35,076 bases of DNA from a bacterium (GTDB lineage: Bacteria; Sysuimicrobiota; Sysuimicrobiia; Sysuimicrobiales; Humicultoraceae): contig JBGQGY010000026.1 in NCBI GenBank assembly GCA_041497675.1, positions 1 through 35,076 of the forward strand. The letters run 5' to 3'. Below, piece after piece: positions 15,841-23,299 of the stretch. The translations under genes and the position numbers were made by a program. The stretch's first letter is position 1. Every line of letters begins with the position of its first letter. A model generated the notes under the pieces. It made no database searches. It was not told where the DNA came from and saw only the letters and a program-made list of their open reading frames with translations.

Positions 15841-18028
15841 TGACGATGCTCCTCTGTTGCAGAGGCAGCTGCACCACGACCTCGGTGCCCGGCCCGTCTC
15901 GAGTCCGAATCGAGAATGTGCCGCCGATGGCTTCGGCGCGCTCCCGCATGGTCTGTAACCCGAACCGCGGTAACGTTCCTCCTCGGGACTGCACCGGGTC
16001 GAACCCCTGGCCGTCATCGGTGACCGAGACGGTCAAGATCCCGTTTCGCTCCAAGAACTGCACCGCCGCCCGCCGGGCCATGGCGTGCTTGCGCACGTTG
16101 GTCAGGGCTTCCTGGATAATGCGGATCAGGTGGAGTTCGGTGGTGGGGAGGATCTCGTACCGTGCCGGGTCCCCCTCTACGATCAGCTCGGTGACGATCC
16201 CGCTGGCCTCGCCAAACCGGCGCACATACTCCTGGAGCGCGGGCATCAGCTGCCGTTCGGGCGATATCTCGGTCCGCAATCCCAGGATGGCTTCGCGCAG
16301 GTCGGCGTAGACCTCCCGCGCCGCCTCTTCCAGTTGAGCCAGTTGCGCCTGCGCCTCGGTGGTCTTGCCGGCGTCGAGCAACACCTTGACCGCCTGCGCC
16401 TTGGTGTTGACGTAGCCCAACACCTGCCCGACGCCGTCGTGCATCTCGCGGGCGATCCGTTCTCTTTCCTCCAACACCGCCACGGACTGCACGCGCTCCT
16501 GGAGGCGGGCGTTCTCTACGGCGATCGCTGCCAGATTGGCGAGTCCGCCCAGCACCTGGCGATCTTCCTGCGTAAACATCCGCTGCCGGGATGCGCTAAT
16601 GCATAACGCGCCCACATTCCGGCCGCCGATCATGAGCGGGGCAGCCATGTGCGATGCGAACGCCGTAGTGTCGATGTGTGCGCAGTACGGGCAGTCGAGC
16701 CCGGCGTCGTCGACAGGAGTCGAGATCACGCGTGAGGCGTTAAGCAGGTGCTGCCCCGTACCGGCCGCTGCCCGCACGCTCGCCGTCGTTCTCGCCTCAT
16801 CGACCAGGCACACTAAAGCCGCATCGCCCTGGAGAAGCGAGACAGCCCGAGCGGCCACCGACTGGAGGACGGCGTCGCGATCCTGCAGGCTGAGGACCTC
16901 CGTACCGACCTCGTAAAGCGACTGGGAGGCACGTGCCCGGCGCCGGATTTCCTCAAGGGAGTTGAGAAGTTGAACGCGCATCATCTCGAAGCTCCGGGCC
17001 AGCGCCCCGAGCTCGTCGGCGCGCCGGACTTCGATTTCTCGCCCCAGATCGCCGCCCGCAATCCGCTCCGCTCCTTCTTTTAACAAACGCAGGGGTGCGG
17101 CGACCGCACCCGTATCCAGCCAGGCGACGAGTAGCGCCGCAACCAGCACGCCCACCCCGAAGAGAATGATGCGGTCGCGCAACCGGCGGACGGGACCGAA
17201 GGTTTCCTCTTCGTTCTGGCCGACGCCCAGACCCCACGGCGCCCCGGTGAGAGGAGCAAAGGTCATGATGTGCATCTCTTCGCGGCCGCCGGAATCGCCA
17301 TGGGTTTCCGCAGCCGGTCCGACAAACGCGCGGCCTCCGGCGATGCCGCGGGCGAAGAACGCGGGATGCTCGCCACGGGTGAACTGCTCCGTGGGATCGG
17401 TGCTGGCCAGAACGGTGCCGGTCTCGTTGACGATGGCGGCATGTCCGCTGTTCCCCACCGCCAGACCTTTGATTGCGCTCCGGAGTATCGAATCATCCAG
17501 ATTGACTATCCCGCCCACCACGCCTATGGGCATGCCTGAGGCTCGTCGGACGGGCACCGTGAACACCATCACGGAAACCCCGGACGGGGTTCGGATCGGC
17601 TCGCTGATGCCGGAGCGACCTTCGGCCAGCGTCTTCTCAACCGAGGAGAGACTGCCGACGAGCGACAGGCGCAGCAGGGATTGGGCAGGCGCGTAGACGA
17701 TCACGGCTCCGGTGGAGTCCGTCAGGAAAATTCCGCCGGAAAACAGCTCCATCTGCGGGGCGACATCATCATAGGCCACACGGACGGCATCGACCTTGCC
17801 GGTCCTCCAGAGGAGGGCGACCCGATTGCTGAGGCGGTCAAGCTGTTCCCAGCCTTCGGACAACTCTTCGCTGATATGCTCCGCGGCGATTCGCCCCAGC
17901 GCCAGCCGCTCCGCCAGGATGCGGTCTGTGGCGGTCCGGAGCATGACGACGCTGATGACCCCCATCGGGGCGGTCGCGACAATCATGCCGATCGCCGCCA
18001 GAAGCATGATTCGCTTGCGGAGGCTCAT
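15818..18028 (-). CDS. Sensor histidine kinase (Cache-like, HAMP, GAF, HisKA_3, HATPase)
   Basis: Two TMs around an extracytoplasmic domain, HAMP (RADELGALARSFE), EERERIAREMHDGVGQ, QEALTNVRKHA, DDGQGF, FGLQTMRERA. Confidence 0.95.
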   Translation of the reverse strand: MSLRKRIMLLAAIGMIVATAPMGVISVVMLRTATDRILAERLALGRIAAEHISEELSEGWEQLDRLSNRVALLWRTGKVDAVRVAYDDVAPQMELFSGGIFLTDSTGAVIVYAPAQSLLRLSLVGSLSSVEKTLAEGRSGISEPIRTPSGVSVMVFTVPVRRASGMPIGVVGGIVNLDDSILRSAIKGLAVGNSGHAAIVNETGTVLASTDPTEQFTRGEHPAFFARGIAGGRAFVGPAAETHGDSGGREEMHIMTFAPLTGAPWGLGVGQNEEETFGPVRRLRDRIILFGVGVLVAALLVAWLDTGAVAAPLRLLKEGAERIAGGDLGREIEVRRADELGALARSFEMMRVQLLNSLEEIRRRARASQSLYEVGTEVLSLQDRDAVLQSVAARAVSLLQGDAALVCLVDEARTTASVRAAAGTGQHLLNASRVISTPVDDAGLDCPYCAHIDTTAFASHMAAPLMIGGRNVGALCISASRQRMFTQEDRQVLGGLANLAAIAVENARLQERVQSVAVLEERERIAREMHDGVGQVLGYVNTKAQAVKVLLDAGKTTEAQAQLAQLEEAAREVYADLREAILGLRTEISPERQLMPALQEYVRRFGEASGIVTELIVEGDPARYEILPTTELHLIRIIQEALTNVRKHAMARRAAVQFLERNGILTVSVTDDGQGFDPVQSRGGTLPRFGLQTMRERAEAIGGTFSIRTRDGPGTEVVVQLPLQQRSIVNARPAGG

Positions 18029-18217
18029 CCTTGTTACCCGCTGCGCGGTGCTGTTTCCTTAAAGGGTACGCACCCTCGCAGGCCGGGTACTATCGGGCGA
18101 AGAGCCGATTCTCCTGCTGGCCCAGACCGGTCGAAGAGACCCTGAAGGGAGTGACCGCGCCAGCGGGCAACTCATTCCTCCGGACGGATTGACTCGCCGT
18201 TCGTGGAGGCGCGGGAG

Positions 18218-18700
18218 ATGGAACTGAAAACCGTTCGGATCGAGAAGCCCGACGATGTCAACCTAATCCTGGGCCAGTCCCACTTCATCAAGACCGTGGA
18301 GGACCTGCATGAGGCGCTGGTGACGGCGGTGCCCCGGCTCAAATTCGGACTGGCGTTCTGCGAGTCATCCGGGCCTGCCCTGGTGCGCTGGAGCGGTACG
18401 GACCCCGATCTCGTCGAGCTCGCTCAGCAGAATGCGTTACGCCTCGCGGCCGGCCACTGTTTCATCATTTTCTTGCGCGACGCGTTTCCAATAAACGTTC
18501 TGAACGCCATCAAGACGGTCCCGGAAGTGTGCGGAATTTACTGTGCAACCGCTAATCCGGTGGAAGTGGTTTTGGCCGAGACCGAGCAGGGGCGTGGGAT
18601 CCTGGGCGTGATCGATGGCGTGAAGTCGAAGGGCATCGAAGGCGAACCAGACATCGCCAACCGCAAGGAATTCTTGCGAAAGATCGGCTATAAATTGTAG
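18218..18700 (+). CDS. Adenosine-specific kinase family protein (DUF355)
   Basis: NLILGQSHFIKTVEDL, FGLAFCESSG, AGH.F, VPEVC.IYCATANP, GRGILGVIDG, RK.FLRKIGYK. Confidence 0.9.
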   Translation: MELKTVRIEKPDDVNLILGQSHFIKTVEDLHEALVTAVPRLKFGLAFCESSGPALVRWSGTDPDLVELAQQNALRLAAGHCFIIFLRDAFPINVLNAIKTVPEVCGIYCATANPVEVVLAETEQGRGILGVIDGVKSKGIEGEPDIANRKEFLRKIGYKL

Positions 18701-20091
18701 ACAGGAAGACTGACCGTAAACCTGGCCCCACCCTGCGCGCTGTTTTCCGCCCTGAGCTCCCCGCCCTGGGCGGTCGTGAGGCGCTTCGCTATCGCCAGCC
18801 CGAGACCGGCGCCCCGCTGCCCGCTCCGCGAGCGGTCCACCTTGAAGAACCGGTCGAAGATATTGGGCAGATCCTGCGGGGGAATGCCGGGCCCGGTATC
18901 CTCGACGGTCACCGTGACGCGTCCGTGCTGATCCGCGACCGCGACCGTGACCCGCCCTCCACGGGGAGTGAACTTCAGGGCGTTGTCGAGCAGGTTGCCC
19001 AGCACCTGGACCATGCGGTCGGGATCGGCGCGGATAGAACCGCCGCGGACCGGTCCGTCCTGCGTGAGCGCGATCCCCGCCTGTCCGGCGCGCGCCCGGA
19101 ATGATTCAATCGCTTCGTGTGCCAGGTGGGCGAGGTCGGTCGGCACCATCCGGAGTTGCACGCTTCCGGATTCGATCGCGGACAGGTCCAGGAGGTTCTC
19201 CACGAGTACACGCAGGCGTTCGACTTCCCGTTCGATGGCATCTATCAGAAAGGTCGTTTCGGGTTCCGCCGCCGGCACGCTGCCACGCAGCGCTTCGACG
19301 GCAACGGTGAGGTTCGCGACCGGTGTCCTGAGCTCGTGGGAGGCGTCGGCGACAAACTCGCGGCGCATGGTATCGAGACGCTCGAGTTCGGCAGCCATGT
19401 AGTTGAGCGAACGCGCCAGATCTCCGAGTTCATCGGCTGTGCGGACGGGGATCCGCTGGTCAAGTTCGCCGGCCGCCATCCGCGCGGTGGCCACTCGCAT
19501 CTCCCGGATCGGACCCGCGATCCGGCTGGCCAGCAGCAGGCTGACAATGGCGGCCCAGAGCATCGTGACGACTAGCGTCCAGCCGACGAAGGTCCGAATG
19601 TGGCTGATCTGATCCGCCAGGGCCACGAGCGGCAACGCCACGTAGACGGCCCCGAGCACTTCGTCGCCGCGGCGGACGGGAACGGTGCCGTAAACGACCG
19701 GCACGCCGTTGACCGTGGATGACCCCGACGTCTCCTGACCATGGACGGCCCGTGCCAGTCCTTCGCGCTCGACGCGGCCCTCGACCCGCAAAGCGGGAGT
19801 CGTCGAGTAATCGACCAACACGACCTGCGCGTGGTCGACGATGATCACTGAGGGATTTCCCGGATACTGCGTCCCGAGGAACTCGAGCTGTGTGCGAGTT
19901 CGATCGCGGGCGGCTACGGCGTCGCGCACGTGCACCGCGATCAGCCTCGCCTGCGCCAGCAGGCTCGTTTCCACCTGTGCCAGATACCGTGCTTCGGAAT
20001 CTCGCGTAAGGTGTACTCCGAGGAACGACAGCGCCAGCAGGATGACGACCAGGTACGTCGCCATCAAGCGCCAGCGGATGCTGCGGAACAT
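18688..20091 (-). CDS. Sensor histidine kinase (HAMP, HisKA, HATPase)
   Basis: RREFVADASHELRTP, QVLGNLLDNALKFT, DTGPGI, GAGLGLAI. Confidence 0.95.
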   Translation of the reverse strand: MFRSIRWRLMATYLVVILLALSFLGVHLTRDSEARYLAQVETSLLAQARLIAVHVRDAVAARDRTRTQLEFLGTQYPGNPSVIIVDHAQVVLVDYSTTPALRVEGRVEREGLARAVHGQETSGSSTVNGVPVVYGTVPVRRGDEVLGAVYVALPLVALADQISHIRTFVGWTLVVTMLWAAIVSLLLASRIAGPIREMRVATARMAAGELDQRIPVRTADELGDLARSLNYMAAELERLDTMRREFVADASHELRTPVANLTVAVEALRGSVPAAEPETTFLIDAIEREVERLRVLVENLLDLSAIESGSVQLRMVPTDLAHLAHEAIESFRARAGQAGIALTQDGPVRGGSIRADPDRMVQVLGNLLDNALKFTPRGGRVTVAVADQHGRVTVTVEDTGPGIPPQDLPNIFDRFFKVDRSRSGQRGAGLGLAIAKRLTTAQGGELRAENSAQGGARFTVSLPVYNL

Positions 20092-20093
20092 GG

Positions 20094-20771
20094 TTAGCGG
20101 AACCGGTACCCGACGCCGTGGACGGTCAGAATGTGCGCCGGCGCGCTGGCGTCCCGCTCGACCTTCTCGCGAAGCCATCGAATGTGCACGTCGAGGGTCC
20201 GCACGTCGCCGACGTAATCTTCGCCCCAGACCCGATCGAGCAGATAGTCCCGTCCCAGCACCCGATCAGGATGCGTCATGAACACGCGCAGCAGGTCGAA
20301 CTCTTTTGGCGGCAGCGTGACCTCTCGTCCCCGAGCCCGTACGGTGCGAGCGGGGACGTCCATGTGGATCTCGCCCACCTCGATGACGTCCTGCTGGCCG
20401 GCATCAGCGTACGCCTGGACACGCCGGAGGTGGGCCTTGATCCGGGCGATCAATTCGCGGGGTGAGAAGGGCTTTGTCACGTAGTCGTCCGCCCCGACGT
20501 CCAGCCCGGTCACCTTGTCACCCTCGGCGGCGCGCGCCGTGAGCATGATGACTGGAGCCGTGCTGAACAAGCGGATCCGGCGGCACACCTCGACCCCGTC
20601 GAGGCCGGGCAGCGCCAGATCGAGCAGGATGAGGTCGGGACGCGACGTCTTGGCGGCATCCACGCCATCGGGGCCGTCGCGGGCGACCACAACCTCGTAG
20701 CCCTCGCGCGTGAGCAGCGAACGAAGCGAGGTCACCATCGTCTCCTCGTCCTCGACGATGAGGATCTTCAC
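20094..20771 (-). CDS. OmpR/PhoB-family response regulator
   Basis: KILIVEDE, LLDLALPG.DG, GADDYVTKPFS, RTLDVHIRWLREK, TVHGVGYRF. Confidence 0.96.
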   Translation of the reverse strand: MKILIVEDEETMVTSLRSLLTREGYEVVVARDGPDGVDAAKTSRPDLILLDLALPGLDGVEVCRRIRLFSTAPVIMLTARAAEGDKVTGLDVGADDYVTKPFSPRELIARIKAHLRRVQAYADAGQQDVIEVGEIHMDVPARTVRARGREVTLPPKEFDLLRVFMTHPDRVLGRDYLLDRVWGEDYVGDVRTLDVHIRWLREKVERDASAPAHILTVHGVGYRFR

Positions 20772-21403
20772 GGCACCCGCGCAACGATCAGCCGAACCAT
20801 CCCCAGAGGCGCCAGGTCCTCGAGGGTGTCAATCTCCGGCCCTGCCGCGCGCACGTTGTCCACAGTCCGGCGGCTGATGTGCGCCCCCAGCACGCGCACG
20901 ACGACCGGGTCCAGCCAGTCCATCACCCGGCCGAGGACGCGGTGCTCGGCGCGCATGTGCTCGATGAGGTAGAGATGACCCCCTGGCCGGACCACCCGGC
21001 GTAGCTCACGCAGCCCCTGCACCGGATCGGGCACGGAGCAGAACACGAACGTCGCCACGGCGGCCTCGAAGGCGGCATCGGGAAAGGCCAGCGCCTGCGC
21101 GTCCATCAGGTGCAGGCGGACATCGAGCCTCAGCCGGGCGGCCCGGTGCGTCGCCCGGGCCAGCATCCTTGGGCTGATGTCCACAGCGGAAACCGTCGCC
21201 CCGGCCGGATAGAAGGGCATGTTCTTGCCGGTGCCGACGCCGACTTCCAGCACGCGGTGCGCCGGCACGAGGCGCCAGAGACGCGCGCGCCAGCGCCTGA
21301 TCCGGCCGCGCTCGGGCAGCCACTCCACAAGGTCGTAGAGCGGCGCCAGGCGGTCGTAGCGCGCCCGGGTCAGGCCGATGGGCTCGACGCCGACGCCTGT
21401 CAC
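20768..21403 (-). CDS. Class I SAM-dependent methyltransferase
   Basis: YDRLAPLYD, VLEVGVGTGKN, VDISPRML, MDAQAL.FPD, TFVFCSVPDP, RRVVRPGG; GTG start at 21403. Confidence 0.9.
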   Translation of the reverse strand: MTGVGVEPIGLTRARYDRLAPLYDLVEWLPERGRIRRWRARLWRLVPAHRVLEVGVGTGKNMPFYPAGATVSAVDISPRMLARATHRAARLRLDVRLHLMDAQALAFPDAAFEAAVATFVFCSVPDPVQGLRELRRVVRPGGHLYLIEHMRAEHRVLGRVMDWLDPVVVRVLGAHISRRTVDNVRAAGPEIDTLEDLAPLGMVRLIVARVP

Positions 21404-21684
21404 GGCGGTCCGGCCGGGGTCACGCCGGCCTGCTGAGGGCAGCCGCAGCCGGATTCGTCCGCGCGGGGGGCCGACCGGCCCCGGTGGAACAGCTCTCAGA
21501 GGCACCGGCCCCAGAGGGCCGGCACCCCGGCAAGCAGGCCGCCCAGGGCGAGGGCAAAGCCTGCCGCCCCACGCAGCCTGAGCGCCAGCGCGACCAGCAG
21601 GACCCCTCCCACAACCCGCGCCCACCTGCCGTCAGGGCTGTTGGCCAACGCGATCAGGCGCCCCACGGGCTGCGTCTTCACCAT
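21400..21684 (-). CDS. DUF2892/YgaP-like small membrane protein with in-frame TGA at 21496-21498; candidate selenoprotein (94 aa if read through)
   Basis: MVKTQ...SPDGRWARVVGG...GRCL-[TGA]-ELFHRG...GCGCP...GPP-TGA; the second stop overlaps the methyltransferase GTG; hairpin 13 nt after the TGA. Confidence 0.6.
21467..21482 (-). promoter_or_regulatory. Putative bacterial SECIS-like hairpin
   Basis: Minus strand GGGGCC-GGTC-GGCCCC; the loop begins 19 nt after the in-frame UGA. Confidence 0.5.
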
Positions 21685-21956
21685 GATAGATAAGTCCTCC
21701 CGGTTCGCATCTTCCACAGATAGAACTTGTGATACCTACACCGGGAACGACGCTCCGGAGGGGCGTTCGATTCCCGCCGAATCCACCCATCATCGCTGGT
21801 TCCCCCTCTCGCCTGCGTACCGTCATCCTCAGTCCATATGGTGGCCGGTCGGCATGCACTTATCATGGAGGGGCCGTGAATTCCTCGTGAACGGGCCGCC
21901 CGGAGTGCCCGCCCCGTTTCTGGCGCGCAGGTGTCCCTAGGGGGAACTCGGCAGGC

Positions 21957-22454
21957 TCACTGGATCGGCAACGTCCACCGCAGGGTTCGTTCGGCCACGC
22001 CGCCGAGGTCACGGACAGTCAGTTCCAGCGTCTTGGCCTGCGTGTCAATCGCCTGGCCCGTCTGATTGGCCTTCGGGAAGAGCAGGCCGCCTGCCCGATG
22101 GTGCGACCCGTCGGCCGTGGCTACCCACCTGACCGGCGTGACCTCCTGTCCGCGGTCGTTGCGCAACACAATGTTCTTGATGAAGTCGTACTTGCTCAGG
22201 TCTCCCGAGTGTGCATCCAGCGTGATCGCGAACACCACGTTGCGCTCGAGGTCCACCTTGCCGGACAATGGATCGCTAGGGCTGGCTTTGAAGTAGGCAG
22301 AGGTTACGTAGACGGCCTTGACGGTAATGCCCCCCTGGGCGTCGGTCCGCGTCGCTTGCGCTGGAGTTTGCCCTCTTGCGATCCCCGCCGAGAGGACCGC
22401 GAGGGCGCCGACGATCAGGACACCGGTCTGGGCCAATCGAGTTGTGAGTCGCAT
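21957..22454 (-). CDS. Exported hypothetical protein with His motifs
   Basis: Signal peptide; ITLDAHSGDLSKYD and W..ADGSHHRAG.LLFP; RBS GAGGGA. Confidence 0.7.
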   Translation of the reverse strand: MRLTTRLAQTGVLIVGALAVLSAGIARGQTPAQATRTDAQGGITVKAVYVTSAYFKASPSDPLSGKVDLERNVVFAITLDAHSGDLSKYDFIKNIVLRNDRGQEVTPVRWVATADGSHHRAGGLLFPKANQTGQAIDTQAKTLELTVRDLGGVAERTLRWTLPIQ

Positions 22455-22514
22455 GAGAGTTCCCTCCGTCAGTCAATAGCGTGTAGCGTCTCGGTTCCCG
22501 CCGCTGCGGAGCCG

Positions 22515-22640
22515 CTACCGCGATCCAAGCAGCAGCCAGAGAACGGCCGCAATAAAGGTTCCGCTGGCTACAACGATCAACGCGATGAGGAGACGGTCGC
22601 CCCGTGTCGGCGAAGCATCAGAATCGAGCCGCCGGGCCAT
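22515..22640 (-). CDS. Small single-TM protein (41 aa)
   Basis: GAGGAGGG RBS then MARRLDS...LLIALIVVASGTFIAAVLWLLLGSR. Confidence 0.5.
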   Translation of the reverse strand: MARRLDSDASPTRGDRLLIALIVVASGTFIAAVLWLLLGSR

Positions 22641-22666
22641 AGGTCTTCCCTCCTCGTAGGCAGCGC

Positions 22667-23029
22667 TTATCGCCCCGTCCCGGGCATCTGCCGCATGACG
22701 CCCTGGGCCATGCCCATCCAACCCTGCATCATCCCCATCTGAGACTGCAGCAGCTTGAGGTACTCATACATCGGCCGCTCGTTAGCGGTGAGCAGATCCG
22801 GGTTGATCTTGTCGAGCTGCACTCGCATGGCCTGCAGATTTGCGGTCATTCGCGTCATCTGCTGCTGCATCCGCCCCATTGGCATCTGCTGGCCCGGGCC
22901 CATCATCTGACCTCCCGGCCTCATGGGCGTCTGCGCGAGCGGTTGAGCCAGCGTGCGGTCGGCATTCCACAAGGCCCCCAGTGCGACGAAGAACACCAGG
23001 GCGAGTACAAGCAGCGTCAGTGATCTCAA
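22667..23029 (-). CDS. Exported Met/Gln-rich helical protein, possible Cu(I) binder
   Basis: TTG start after GGGGGA, signal peptide, QMMGPGQQMPMGRMQQQM...QMGMMQGWMGM. Confidence 0.65.
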   Translation of the reverse strand: MRSLTLLVLALVFFVALGALWNADRTLAQPLAQTPMRPGGQMMGPGQQMPMGRMQQQMTRMTANLQAMRVQLDKINPDLLTANERPMYEYLKLLQSQMGMMQGWMGMAQGVMRQMPGTGR

Positions 23030-23096
23030 TTCGGTTCCCCCCGACGGATTGAGTTGTCTGTCGGCCCCACTCTGCACGAGCGGCGGCACACAGGTG

Positions 23097-23111
23097 TTAA
23101 GCGTACGTTAA
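23097..23111 (-). promoter_or_regulatory. TTAA-N7-TTAA regulator box
   Basis: Minus strand TTAAcgtacgcTTAAc, with CAGAGT 26 nt from the start of the second TTAA; upstream of 22667-23029. Confidence 0.6.
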
Positions 23112-23299
23112 GCCTGGCGGCGGTCCTTCAGTTTCGGCGCCAGAATGGACATCAGGATGATCCATGCGAGAATGAACACCCAAACCGCGCCGCCGTACCG
23201 GGCCACCGGCCCGCCCGCAGAAGCGGCGATGGCGAACACGATTGCTGCAGCCAGCGCCATGCCGGCGCCGAGCATGCCGGCAGTCCGCGGCATCTTCAT
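23108..23299 (-). CDS. Small 2-TM membrane protein (63 aa)
   Basis: [22 protein letters not shown]...[26 protein letters not shown]-coupled to copA. Confidence 0.65.
   Translation of the reverse strand: MKMPRTAGMLGAGMALAAAIVFAIAASAGGPVARYGGAVWVFILAWIILMSILAPKLKDRRQA

Noticed and set aside
16676..16693. CPYCAH as a heme-c attachment site
   Set aside because: It is CxxCxH, not CxxCH, and lies in a cytoplasmic domain that Ccm cannot reach.
18688..18700. 13-bp convergent overlap of the DUF355 gene and the kinase
   Set aside because: Short tail-to-tail overlaps are common; nothing else suggests a function.
21632..21793. RBS plus MMGGFGG start resembling a Met-rich membrane protein
   Set aside because: The sequence after the first few codons lacks a TM or motif and overlaps the next gene; at most a remnant, not supportable.
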